DNA of 64,000 nucleotides from Flavobacteriaceae bacterium (GCA_034676605.1 JAUCBW010000001.1:2049996-2113995), one strand, 5' to 3'; shown: positions 49,861 to 62,623, numbered from the stretch's first letter. A program made the numbers and translations. Notes: generated by a model not told the origin, from the sequence alone.

Positions 49861-52800
49861 TACTTGACAGTTTTTATCGGCATTACAATATCTGCCAGTT
49901 TAATGTCCATCAACTTTAAATTGTTGCGGATTTCATTATCTTTCTCACGTAGTTTTTGATAAGCATTATGAATGATTTCTATCTGTATAGGTCCTTCTTT
50001 TCCTTCTACACTCTCAAAATCTCTTTCGACATATTTTATAAATTCAATGCCTGCTTTTTCAAAATCCTCTTTAAAGTACAACTCCATTACCATTGCGTCT
50101 ATTACTTCTTCAAACAATTGTGCAATATGGCTGTTTGGAACGTGATCGCTGATTTCTTTTTTGTTGGAAAGAACAAAAAGTAAATAATCAACCAGAATTT
50201 CAAAAGATTTTGTGTTTTTGATTGTAGCAATTGGTAATAATTCTATAGTTGCCTTTTTTAGTGTATAAGCACCGCCAGCAGTCATTACACCAATAAATCT
50301 GAAATAATACTCTAAAACTTTACTATTTAAAATAGCCAACAAGGTCTTGAGTGAATATTTTTCTGAAACTAGGAAAAAACCACCACTTGTTAAGTAGTGT
50401 TGGTTTTTATCTAAAGCAAAACCCCATTGATCAGCTGTAAGTGGCCAAATTATTTTTGTTTCATCAAATTGTTCAAAATAGGATGCTGCACACCTTTGAA
50501 GAGCATACCACTCATACCTTATGCCCGTTTCAGATTGATTTCTTGTACTTAATCCTTTGTGATGATTTTTCAAATGAGAATATAACTCAGGATATAAATT
50601 TTGTAACTTTTGTTCTGCAACCGTTGATGCACCAGTTATCGTACTATCTTTTTCTAATGGGAAATGCCAAGGAATAAACAGTAGAGATGAATTACTGTTC
50701 TTAAAAAAGTATTTTTTAATTTCCTTTCCTTTAAGCAAAGGTTTCACAAAATCTTTATTTTGAAAAAATCCTAAGTTCTCATCAGTAACAATAAAAGCAG
50801 GGTCATAACCAGTTGTAACACCTCTTTTTATATCAACACCTGCAATGTCTTTTAAAGGTTTCCCATTTTTTTCTATTTTGGTTTTTATTTCAGATTCGTT
50901 TCCTTGCAAAAACACCCATTCTGCCTCAGATAAAACGGTATGGCTGTAATTTCGCTTTCTTGCTTTTAGTTTATCTTCAAAACGAATTTTCCAACCTGTT
51001 TCATTTTTAAATTCGTAGAAAGAAAATTCGGATTCCTCTTTTGGCATTTTATTTTCAGACAAATAAACTACACTCGAAACCAAAATTCCTTTAAAAACTT
51101 CAACCTGCTCAAAATTGATAATTTTGTGAATAGTTTTATCAACTAAATAACGACGCAAAGTCTTTCCATATCCTGTGTTAAAGAATTTGTTTGTGCTTAT
51201 GTAGTTGAGTATTCCATTTTCTTTCAGTACATCAAATCCTCTTTCAAAAAAGTAAACACTTAAATCAGAACTTCCAGTATAAACACTATAAAGCGGTTTT
51301 AATTTGCTTGCAATGTGTTTTAATTTCTTGTGTTCCACATAAGGCGGATTTCCGATTACCACATCAAATTTTTCCACGCCAAACATCCATTTTGAGTCAA
51401 ACCAATCTGATTTTCTATTACCAAATGGATCCCAATTGCCTAATTTGTATGCTTTGCTTTCTGAATCTCCCCATAAACCATTCTGGTCTTTAGCAATTTT
51501 TTGCTGAACTTTTAAAAATTTATCTTTTATACTTTTCTTTGTTTTTCCATAGCTTTGAATATACTCATTCCGTAATTCTTCCAACTCTTGCAGCTCATCG
51601 AAATTATCAAACATATTTCTTTGATTAATTCCATCTGGAAGATTTAATAGTGTATTGGCTGTAACAAATTTGAATTCCAAATTAGGTAGTGGCTCAACTC
51701 CTCGGTTTGGTCTATTATCATTAATATTTTCATCTACCACAAGAGATAAAAAACAACGTAATTTAGATATTTCAGCAGCCACGGGTTGTATATCCACTCC
51801 ATAAAGACTGTTTTGTATCACGCCTATTTTTCGGGCATATTCTACACCCGAGGAAGACAGTTTTTCTTTTAGAAGCTTTTTTACTGTTGGATTTTTGATT
51901 CTGTCTATTTGTCTTTTTTTTCCACCATTCCGCTTCAGGATCTAACTTCTGTAAAGCTTGTACGATTTTCTGTAATACTCCCATAGGAAAAGCACCAGAA
52001 CCACAAGCAGGATCCAATATTTTTACTTGGTCTAAAGCATCTAAAATATTGTTCTTTTCGGCATCGGTAAATGTTGGGTCGGCTGTTTCCAACATTTTAA
52101 AAATCGGACGGACTTTCTCTTGTACAATGCCAGTTTGGTTATGCAGATATTGTACTAAGCTTTCAGTAGCCATATAATCCACAATTTCCCTTGGCGTATA
52201 AAAACTACCTGTTGCCTTTCTTGCCGTTTCTCCACTATCGGGATCGATTTCTGCCAAGAGGTTTTCAAAAATACGTCCTAACATTTCGGGATCAACGCTT
52301 ACCTCGATTTCGGTAACTGAATTTTCGTCAATGGTAAAGTTGTACTTTTCCAATTCTCCAAAGAATCTCAAAAACCAATCGTCACTTATATCAAAGTGGT
52401 TTTGATTATTCCCTTTGCTATCTGATTTATAATAATCTTCTATGTTGGGTTCAAACAAGCCACCGTTCAGGAAAGGAATTGTGTTTGTCCCTTCTGGTAA
52501 GTTGCTTAAGCGTTCGTCCATTGGCGTATTAAGCGTTTGGAAAAACAAGCGTTCTAAAATAGTATGGTAATAATTGTTGTAGTGTTTTACTGCATCTGAT
52601 GAAAGCAAATTTTCGGGTAATAATGCAATATTATCATCCGATTTTTTCATTTTTAAAAACCAACAAAATACAGTACGCCCTATCAAACGAACGGCAAATT
52701 CCTGTCGAACGTTATGGTAAGTATGGGGCAATTGTAAAATGCCTTTCCCATATTCTGTAACTTTTTTTCCTTTGTCAATTTTTCCCCCTACCAATTCATA

Positions 52801-53361
52801 GAAAAACGATTGAACAATTTTATAAAACTCTTCGTTTAGGGCCTCTACGCTAAAGGCGTTCAGCATGTCTTGTAAGGATACGGCTTTGCTTGTCAGCTTA
52901 CTTAAGCGGTCAGATGGCGTTCTTACTTTTTCGTCTTTACCTAACAGATAGGTGTATCTCTTTGGTTCAGTTGCCTGTTTGATAATTTCGCCCTCATCGT
53001 TAAGTACCTTTATCTCCGAAATGAATGATAACCTCCATTTTTCGTCCTGAACAAAAACAACAATAGCACCGTCCACATCATATCTGTAAACGTTCCTAAG
53101 CAATTCACGAAGACTGACTTTATTTCGTTCTAACCATACATCAGGTTTAACGTTGATACGATATAGACCGATAATCCGATCGTCAGAAGTAGTAAAACTT
53201 CCCAATTCAAAAGCTTCTGTTGCACGCTCATTATTGGGTAGTAGAATAGGTTTGGGTTGTGCATACAATTGTCTTGCTCCAAAAACAGATTGTAGCACTT
53301 CAATCCAATCTCGGTGATTATATGCTTTTTCAAATATCTTATGTAAGGTTGCTCTGTCCAT
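49860..53361 (-). pseudogene. Eco57I/type-IIG-like m6A methyltransferase split by a frameshift at an A8 run
   Basis: The 5' ORF has GSFYTPREIV and ILDPACGSGAF; the 3' ORF has LYGVDIQ, VIGNPPY and a TaqI_C-like TRD. Deleting one A at 51914-51921 gives a single 1166-aa ORF. Confidence 0.85.
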
Positions 53362-56300
53362 TAGTCAATAAATGTTTCAGTGATTACTATTTCAGGAGTG
53401 ATATTCAGATCTATATCGTTGGTTGAAGATTGATCATCTTCACCATCATTAAACACATCATATTTTTTTGCAAGGGCAATAATTAAATTGTCTGCTTGCC
53501 CGTATGATGTTTCCTTCTTGTCTAATCTTCGTTTCAATTTTCTTATTTCATTAGGTAAAGGGGTAAATGTCCCTTTATCAATTAAGTCTGCTAATACTTC
53601 ACAAGCTTTTTTAGTATCAGCTTTTCTCGTAATAGATTTAAAATCACGCAAAAATTTCTTTGCCTGTGCAGAAATAGCATCAGCTTTATCCGTTGTAGTA
53701 ACTGTGTCTATTGTTGCTCCTAAAAAATCCTTATCAAACTCTTCTAATGCTGCTTGCACATTATCATAATGAGTTGATGGAACATCATAACCTGGTTCGT
53801 TTATTTTTGCTTCAAAGCGTTCAACCGCTTCTAAAAAAGTCAAAGGTTTTACTTCATTTTCTTTAGAAACTATATAAAACTCCATTTTATAGGGTGATTT
53901 TAAGAAAATCAAGGTGCCGTCTTTTGTATCTTCTGATACTGCCTTATCATTTTTTCGAGCGGTACGTGCTTTTAAAGGGAAATTTTTTATCCGTTTAAAT
54001 TCTCTTGGATTAGCGTCCTTATATTCTCTGATAAATCGTAAATACAACAATCGTTTATCTTCTTCATCGGGCATTCCTTCTTTGAAAAGCTCAAATTGTT
54101 CAACCAATTCTTCGTGTGTAAACACTTGTGCATCCTCTCCAAAAGCGGAATGAAATCCTTGTAGTTTCAATAAGGCATTTTTATACAACTTAATCTCTTC
54201 ATCTCCCTGCTGTGACGGATAAAATATATAGTTATATACTACTCCAGCAACACTCCCAATCCTATTAATTCTTCCGATTCTTTGCATCAACCTTGTTGCA
54301 TTCCAAGGTGTGTCATAATTGACCAAAACATTGGCACGATGTAAGTTTACACCTTCTGCTAACACGTCAGTTGTGATTAAAATTTGATAGTCATCCTTTC
54401 TTTTACCTATGTAATTTGCATCGAAATTCGCTTGAATAGTTTCAAATATTTTATTCCTGTTAGCCGAAGAAACTTTTAATACTCCTTTACCAATGCGTTT
54501 TTTTAATTCCTCTGCCAAATAGTTTGCTGTGTCATTACTTTCCGTAAATAAGATCAGCTGCCCTGTAGGATTTCTGTCTTTGTTTAATAGGTCATTTTTA
54601 AGAGCGTTAAACAATTCTTCAATCTTTGGATCTTCTTCTACTTTAGACCATATTTTACTTAATTCTTGTAATAAGGCTTCGTCTTTCCTTAAACCTGTCA
54701 ATAATTCTGGTTCAAAATCCTCAGCTTTAAAAATATTATTCTTGGGTTTCTCTATGCTTAATTCTATAATAAGACTTTCTATGTCGTCCATAGAAAAGCC
54801 TTTTTCGATCAAATCGTTAATATTAAGATCAGGAGCAATTAGGACTTTATCGTTCTCAAACATTTTAATCATCCTTTGTGTGGATACCAAAAGATTATTG
54901 AGCGTGATTTGGAATGCATGAAAACTACTTTCCAACCGTTTAACCATTAATGTTTTCATAATTCCAGCTAGAGATTTAGAAATCAACACAGCTTGGTCAT
55001 AATAAGCGTCCTGTAAATCCTCTTTTAAAAAACGAATGGCTTGGTAACGATAATAATTAACCTTGTCATCATCGGTCAAATAGAATATCGTATGGTAAAA
55101 AAGTTTACTCAATTTAGTATCCAAGCTATAACCGACAGTCCGTAAAGGTGCTATTTCAGGAAAAACAATGCCTTGTTCTTTTAAATCATCAAGGTATTTT
55201 GGGTAGCTTGCTAAATCTCTTCTTGTTCTTCTAACCGTAATTTGAGAAATAACTTTCTCACGGATTGTGTTATATAGTTCACGAATTTTTTCCACATTGG
55301 GTTCGTCTTCTCTCATCACATCTTTATACTCTCGAATGATGGGACCAAAGAACGATTGGAGATTAGTAACGGGAAGCGTACTTCTTCTCGCATCCTGAAA
55401 TAATAATAATTGATAATAAAGATCCTGCGGTCTGTTGTTAAGCGGAGTGGCTGAAATTAGTATAACTTTTTTGTTTTTTCCTGTAACTAATCCCTCTCCA
55501 TTTCTCGGAGCTTTGCATATGCGTTGTAAAAAGCCAAAGGCTTGTGAAGTATGATTCCTATATTTATGCGCCTCATCAACCAAAATCAAATCATAATCTT
55601 CTTTAGCCCAATAATTTACATCTTCCCCATTGGCTATTTTCTCCAGTCGTCCGTTAGTAACGAATTTAGTATGCCTGTCAATACCAAACATTCTAAATGT
55701 CGATTTCCAATTTTTCTCCAAAGCAGGTGGATAAACCACCAATATTTTAGTGTTTAAAGAACCATTCGCAACCAAGAAGCGCTTAGCAATCATAGAAGCG
55801 ATTACAGTTTTACCAAGACCAACGACATCGGCTAGGAAGAAACCATTATGATCCATTAACATCTGAAACCCTTGGTTAACAGCATCTACCTGATAACTCA
55901 GTTTTTTAAAACTTTTAGGTAAATCTCCTACAGTATCTGGGTCATAATCAATATTGTTTCCAAAGTACTCGATTAATAATTTGAGGTAAATCTCAAATGG
56001 CGTAAAGACTTGTCCAATATGAGTTTTCTTTTTATACTCCAAAATATCGGCTGGTAAAATAGTTGTTGATTGTTGCCAAAGTGTTTGAAATTCTATTTTG
56101 GTAAATTCAACATCATCAAAATCCTTTAGTGCAATATTCAATTCGTAATTAGGGGATTTTTTAATGCCTAAACCAGCTTCGGTCAGGTTAGAAGATCCCA
56201 TGATCACCCAACCGTCGGAATGTTCGGAATGCAGTTCTGGTAAAAACAGATAGAACTTAGCATGAATGGCTTTAGAATTATGCGCTCGTACTTCTATTCT

Positions 56301-56660
56301 ACCATCGATAATATCTTGTATAAATTGTAAAATACCCTCTTCTACTTCTTTGGAATATTTAGCTTCTTTTAAATCCTGTATAAACCAATTTAAAAATTCT
56401 TCTTTCGTCTTTTGCTCATCTCTAAAGTATAACAGACCTTTTTTCTGAGCATCTGCAAACATTTGATCTACATTTATACCGATCAGTATTTTTACGTCCT
56501 TAACTTCCTTAAGATAAGGTTGTAATGCAAAATATCCTGAGGAACGAAAATAACCTACCACGGCATGAAAAGCAAAGACATCTTTCATATTTTCAAGTAT
56601 ACCTTTGAATTTATGAAAAACTGTATTTTCTTCTGTATTTGTGAAAAATTTTGTACTCAT
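53361..56660 (-). CDS. PLD-nuclease / SNF2-type helicase fusion
   Basis: HAKFY...GSSNLT (PLD); LADVVGLGKT, VDEAH, SATP, TDVLAEGVNL and QRIGRINR (SF2); TAATG-coupled to the methyltransferase. Confidence 0.88.
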   Translation of the reverse strand: MSTKFFTNTEENTVFHKFKGILENMKDVFAFHAVVGYFRSSGYFALQPYLKEVKDVKILIGINVDQMFADAQKKGLLYFRDEQKTKEEFLNWFIQDLKEAKYSKEVEEGILQFIQDIIDGRIEVRAHNSKAIHAKFYLFLPELHSEHSDGWVIMGSSNLTEAGLGIKKSPNYELNIALKDFDDVEFTKIEFQTLWQQSTTILPADILEYKKKTHIGQVFTPFEIYLKLLIEYFGNNIDYDPDTVGDLPKSFKKLSYQVDAVNQGFQMLMDHNGFFLADVVGLGKTVIASMIAKRFLVANGSLNTKILVVYPPALEKNWKSTFRMFGIDRHTKFVTNGRLEKIANGEDVNYWAKEDYDLILVDEAHKYRNHTSQAFGFLQRICKAPRNGEGLVTGKNKKVILISATPLNNRPQDLYYQLLLFQDARRSTLPVTNLQSFFGPIIREYKDVMREDEPNVEKIRELYNTIREKVISQITVRRTRRDLASYPKYLDDLKEQGIVFPEIAPLRTVGYSLDTKLSKLFYHTIFYLTDDDKVNYYRYQAIRFLKEDLQDAYYDQAVLISKSLAGIMKTLMVKRLESSFHAFQITLNNLLVSTQRMIKMFENDKVLIAPDLNINDLIEKGFSMDDIESLIIELSIEKPKNNIFKAEDFEPELLTGLRKDEALLQELSKIWSKVEEDPKIEELFNALKNDLLNKDRNPTGQLILFTESNDTANYLAEELKKRIGKGVLKVSSANRNKIFETIQANFDANYIGKRKDDYQILITTDVLAEGVNLHRANVLVNYDTPWNATRLMQRIGRINRIGSVAGVVYNYIFYPSQQGDEEIKLYKNALLKLQGFHSAFGEDAQVFTHEELVEQFELFKEGMPDEEDKRLLYLRFIREYKDANPREFKRIKNFPLKARTARKNDKAVSEDTKDGTLIFLKSPYKMEFYIVSKENEVKPLTFLEAVERFEAKINEPGYDVPSTHYDNVQAALEEFDKDFLGATIDTVTTTDKADAISAQAKKFLRDFKSITRKADTKKACEVLADLIDKGTFTPLPNEIRKLKRRLDKKETSYGQADNLIIALAKKYDVFNDGEDDQSSTNDIDLNITPEIVITETFID

Positions 56661-56663
56661 CAA

Positions 56664-56867
56664 TCAGTTATTTTCATCTTTAATTTCAATCAATAATTCT
56701 TTTACTGGAACATCCAATATTTTTGCAATATCATATAACACTTCTAAACGAGGTTGCTGTCTATTCTGTACATAACCGTTTACGATGTTATAACTTTTAC
56801 CGAGTCTCTCTGCGAGCCAGATTTGTTTAATACCCTTTTGTTCCAATATCTCTTTAATCCTATTCAT
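56664..56867 (-). CDS. XRE-family HTH regulator (controller-like)
   Basis: NRIKEIL...KQIWLAERLG...QPRLEVLYDIAKILDV; first gene of the defence operon. Confidence 0.85.
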   Translation of the reverse strand: MNRIKEILEQKGIKQIWLAERLGKSYNIVNGYVQNRQQPRLEVLYDIAKILDVPVKELLIEIKDENN

Positions 56868-57012
56868 TCAGGTGAATTATAGAAAGTTAGTTTAAATTAT
56901 TCTGTTATAAAAACAGTCTTGCAATATACTGTATTTCGGTGCAATAAGACACTGTTTTTATGTGTAAATTTGACTATCCCCTTTTTTCTGATAACGTTTG
57001 TAATAGCATAGG

Positions 57013-57447
57013 TCAACGCTCTTTCTTTAAGTACTTCTCATCAAACTCCTCCATTAATTCTATCACTTTTTCAAATATCTGCACCATTTCAGCCGTTTGT
57101 TTTTCCAACTTATAGAGATAAACCGATGCTTTTTTCTCTGAAAACCTACTGTATAAAAGCTTTATGATTTGGTTATAATTGACACCTACGGAACGAAATT
57201 GACTATGAAAAGAAGTCAGTCTCATATAAAAATCAACTGTTCCTTTGTCAATTTTTACAGATTTGAATTCTTTTCCAAATACCATGGAGACAATAAATTT
57301 AGCTTTATTGTCCATTCCTGATTGGTCAAAAAGAGCTAAAAATTCAGCACTTTCTTCATCCGTAAGACGAAAAACATAACGATTTGCTTTGGGGTTGGCC
57401 TTTGGTTTTCGTCCCCCTTTGTTCTGTTTTCTAATTTTCTCTTCCAT
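57013..57447 (-). CDS. mobA: Bacteroidota conjugative-element MobA (RHH relaxosome accessory protein)
   Basis: KGGRKPK...YVFRLT...FRSVGVNYNQI...LYKLEKQT, typical of CTn/ICE MobA. Confidence 0.8.
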   Translation of the reverse strand: MEEKIRKQNKGGRKPKANPKANRYVFRLTDEESAEFLALFDQSGMDNKAKFIVSMVFGKEFKSVKIDKGTVDFYMRLTSFHSQFRSVGVNYNQIIKLLYSRFSEKKASVYLYKLEKQTAEMVQIFEKVIELMEEFDEKYLKKER

Positions 57448-57512
57448 AATAAATCCAATTTTAAAAATTCAACCATTCGACTTCGGAGAAATGGTTTAGC
57501 TCCCTGCGTAAG

Positions 57513-57567
57513 GGCAAGTAGTTTGAGGCACTATTTTAATTTCGAGTGCCTCAAAACACAACTTGCC
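57513..57567. other. oriT-like inverted repeat upstream of mobA
   Basis: ggcaagt-a-gtttgaggcact...agtgcctcaaa-acaca-acttgcc, with an 11-bp perfect inner IR. Confidence 0.5.
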
Positions 57568-58269
57568 GTGTTCCGTTGAACACAATAATCCGTCCTGTGG
57601 AACGGATTGTAGTTAACCGATAATTTTTACTTTTCTCAAAAAATATCCCCGCCGTCCCTTTACAAAATAAAGAACTTACAAACATTGGAGGCTAGGACAA
57701 ACAATTCCTTTGAACGCCAAATACTACCATACTGAAATGAAAAATGGTTAAACCCAAATCAAAATGACGTAGACAGGAAAAAGGGGAGTACTGGTGCAAG
57801 ACTGCATATACCTAAGTGCATAATTTAGCACCTGTGTTTCTGCGTAGGTATGTTTTTACGTAAAGGCGTACCTAGATATGGTCGTATGTACGTACGTACA
57901 GTTGCTCGGAGTGAATAAGCTCCTACCCTTAAAATTGTTTTCAAAAGAAAAAACAGAAAAAAAAGAAAGCCATTCTAACAAGGTGGACAGGCGCAAAAAC
58001 CAAAAGGAAACGGAATAAGTCCCGAAGGGTGGCAGGGCAACACAACTACTCGGCGAAGCCACCTTATTTGCCCTGTCATTATGCCGTAAGCTTTTGGTTG
58101 GGCGGTGTGGTGGCTGTCCGCCTTATCTTTGCTACCTTTTTGTTCTTTTTTGAATATATTTTTAAAACTTCAATTTGGCAACTACACGTCAAATGCTACC
58201 TCTAACTTCAACATCAGAAGTCCGATCTGCTTATCTGCCTACTTTAGTCGAAACAAACATAGTTTGGCG

Positions 58270-58431
58270 ATGCAGGACGGAAAAGAAATAGAGAAAATAC
58301 CGATCGAGGAAGCAATGGAGCTTCTCCGCAAAAGCGGTATCGACATGGGGAAGGAAGAAGCCGAACTGGTCATGGAATTTCTTTATAACCTCACGATGAT
58401 CGTTATTCGGGAATGCTTTGATGTCGAGTGA
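58270..58431 (+). CDS. Small acidic protein upstream of the recombinase
   Basis: MQDGKEIEKIPIEEAMELLRKSGIDMGKEEAELVMEFLYNL...; TATCTTTG box at 58123-58130. Confidence 0.55.
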   Translation: MQDGKEIEKIPIEEAMELLRKSGIDMGKEEAELVMEFLYNLTMIVIRECFDVE

Positions 58432-58487
58432 TTTATTTCGTAAATTAGCTAGTCCCAAGGAATGTTACCCATTAAAAGCGATTAGCG

Positions 58488-60088
<1,601 letters not shown>

Positions 60089-60263
60089 ATTTGTGAGTGC
60101 AAATATACAACAAATAGTTTGTCCTGCAAAACAATTATAAGTTTTATCTTGTTAAATAAACCCAAAATAAGACTTGTGATTTTCTATAGCTTCCATACTA
60201 TTAATATATATATATCTAGAAAACAGTCAAATACAACGTCTTATTTGTATAAAATCTGATGAT

Positions 60264-62477
60264 TTAATTTAAAATACGAATCACTTTATCGATGCCATCT
60301 ACCTTTTTAATATTATCAATAAGCTTTTTGAGTATGGTTATATTCGGAACTATAACAGAAATCTGACCTTTAAAGATGCCATCATCGCTACTGAGTGAGA
60401 TGCTCTGTATGTTTACGTGCATATTATTTGATATCACCTTAGTGATTTCGTTAGTTAATCCGAGGGAGTCCATACCTGTAATTTTCAGCGTAGCTCTGAA
60501 CTGTTGTTGAGATGAATCAATCCATTTAGCAGAAATAATACGATAGGCATAGTTAGAGCGCATACTTATCGCATTTGGACAATCAGTCTTGTGTACTTTT
60601 ATGCCTTCATTAATAGTTATAAAACCAAATACAGGATCTCCTGGAATTGGGTTACAACAAGTCGATAGTTTGTAGTCTAATTTCTCTTCTTCTTTACCAA
60701 AAACCAATAAATCATAGTTTTTGCTGAGTTCGTTCTTCCCGATATCTTCGTGATTAATAGTCGGAGAACGTTTCATTTTTTTGAAGAAGTTCATAAAACT
60801 ATTGTTCTTCTGCGCTACAAAGTCTTTTAGTTGTTGGTTATCTATCCCTCCAATACCCATTCTATAAAACAGGTCTAAACTCGTTTTTAGTTTGAAGAAC
60901 ACTACTAATTCATTTATAGTTGTAGTGTTGAGTGTAACTTTTAGGTGGCGTAATTTTCTTTCTAGAATTTCCTTTCCCTCCTCAGCAATTTTTTTAGTAT
61001 CTTCATTCAGAGCATTCTTAATTTTATTTCTTGCTCTTGAGGTAGTTACAAAATCTAGCCAGTTTACTGTTGGTTTTTGGTTGACAGAAGTAATAATCTC
61101 AACTTGATCTCCACTATTAAGTACATAACTCAGCGGAACTAGCTTGCCATTCACACGAGCACCTCTGGTTCTTGTTCCGATATCCGTGTGGATGCTAAAG
61201 GCGAAGTCTAGAGCTGTTGCACCTTTAGGCAGGGAGCGAATTTCTCCTACTGGCGTAAAAACATAAATTTCTTTAGAATATAAATTTAACTTGAAGTCTT
61301 CCACAAAATCAACAGCATTGGTTTCGTGATTTTCTAAAGCTTCACGAAGTAGGTTTACCCATAGGTCTAAACTGTTTTCTTCTTTTGCTCCTTGTTTGTA
61401 TTTATAGTGTGCCGCATATCCTTTTTCGGCAATTTCATTCATACGCTCACTTCTGATTTGTACTTCAACCCATCTTCCTTTTGGCCCCATCACAGTAATG
61501 TGCAAGGCTTCATATCCAGTAGACTTAGGGGCAGAAATCCAATCTCGTAATCTATTTGGACTAGGTCTATAATAATCCGTTACGATGGAGTAGATCTTCC
61601 AAGCTAAAAACTTTTCCTCATTGGGTTCACTCTTATATACGATACGCAAAGCAAATTTATCATAGACCTCATCAAAAGTAACATTTTGAGCATCCATTTT
61701 TCTGCGAATAGAATAAATAGATTTTGGCCTACCTTTGATTGTATAGTCAATTCCTTCTTTATCTAACGACTCTTTTAGCACTCCAGAAATCGTTTTGATA
61801 TACTCATCTTGTTCTTGTTTGGTTTCTTTGATTTTACTGACAATATCTTTGTAAACCTCTGGCTCTGTATATTTTAACCCTAAATCTTCTAGTTCAGATT
61901 TGATATTATATAACCCCAAACGATGTGCAAGAGGCGCATAGATATACAGCGTCTCAGAGGCAATTTTAGCTTGTTTGTAATCTACCATAGTATCCATCGT
62001 TTGCATATTATGGAGCCTATCTGCTATTTTAATCAAGATAACGCGTACGTCGTCATTGAGTGTAAGCAACATTTTTCTGAAGTTTTCTGCCTGAAGCGAA
62101 ATATCCTGATCTGTTTTTACTTGCGCAATTTTTGTCAATCCCTCTACGATTTTTGCAATCTTCGGGTTAAACATGCGCTCAATATCTTCAACAGTAATCG
62201 GTGTATCTTCGACCACATCATGCATAAGTGCCGCAGCAATTGACGTAGCGCCCAAACCAATCTCAGAAGCTACAATTTTGGCCACAGCAATAGGGTGAAA
62301 AATATAAGCCTCACCTGATTTGCGTCGTTGATCTTTATGGGCATCAACAGCAACATCAAAGGCTTTTCTGATGAGTTTTTTATCCTCATCGGTTAAGGTC
62401 TGATAACTGATTCGCAAAAGCTCTTTATATTCCTTTGCAATCGCTTTGTTTTCTTCTTCTATCTGCTGCTCTGTCAT
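60264..62477 (-). CDS. RelA/SpoT (p)ppGpp synthetase/hydrolase
   Basis: RKSGEAYIFHP, LMHDVVED (HD intact), DRLHNM, GRPKSIYSI, EVQIRS; TGS and ACT domains. Confidence 0.95.
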   Translation of the reverse strand: MTEQQIEEENKAIAKEYKELLRISYQTLTDEDKKLIRKAFDVAVDAHKDQRRKSGEAYIFHPIAVAKIVASEIGLGATSIAAALMHDVVEDTPITVEDIERMFNPKIAKIVEGLTKIAQVKTDQDISLQAENFRKMLLTLNDDVRVILIKIADRLHNMQTMDTMVDYKQAKIASETLYIYAPLAHRLGLYNIKSELEDLGLKYTEPEVYKDIVSKIKETKQEQDEYIKTISGVLKESLDKEGIDYTIKGRPKSIYSIRRKMDAQNVTFDEVYDKFALRIVYKSEPNEEKFLAWKIYSIVTDYYRPSPNRLRDWISAPKSTGYEALHITVMGPKGRWVEVQIRSERMNEIAEKGYAAHYKYKQGAKEENSLDLWVNLLREALENHETNAVDFVEDFKLNLYSKEIYVFTPVGEIRSLPKGATALDFAFSIHTDIGTRTRGARVNGKLVPLSYVLNSGDQVEIITSVNQKPTVNWLDFVTTSRARNKIKNALNEDTKKIAEEGKEILERKLRHLKVTLNTTTINELVVFFKLKTSLDLFYRMGIGGIDNQQLKDFVAQKNNSFMNFFKKMKRSPTINHEDIGKNELSKNYDLLVFGKEEEKLDYKLSTCCNPIPGDPVFGFITINEGIKVHKTDCPNAISMRSNYAYRIISAKWIDSSQQQFRATLKITGMDSLGLTNEITKVISNNMHVNIQSISLSSDDGIFKGQISVIVPNITILKKLIDNIKKVDGIDKVIRILN

Positions 62478-62623
62478 AAAACGAAAATATTAAACTCTAA
62501 ATTACAATAATTATTTTGTAATAACAATATCTCTAAACTCAAATAATTTTAATTTATTTAAAATTGTTTTTGTTTCAAAAAACAACTAATTTGCATGCCA
62601 ATAAACAAAAACAGATAACAATT

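Noticed and set aside
51912-51921. A_AAA_AAG as a programmed -1 ribosomal frameshift
   Set aside because: The -1 frame reaches TAG two codons after the A-run; only +1 (or -2) restores the methyltransferase.
58105-58269. N-terminal extension of the small ORF before the recombinase
   Set aside because: The GTG start lies upstream of the TATCTTTG promoter box and the extension is low-complexity; the ATG at 58270 is more plausible.
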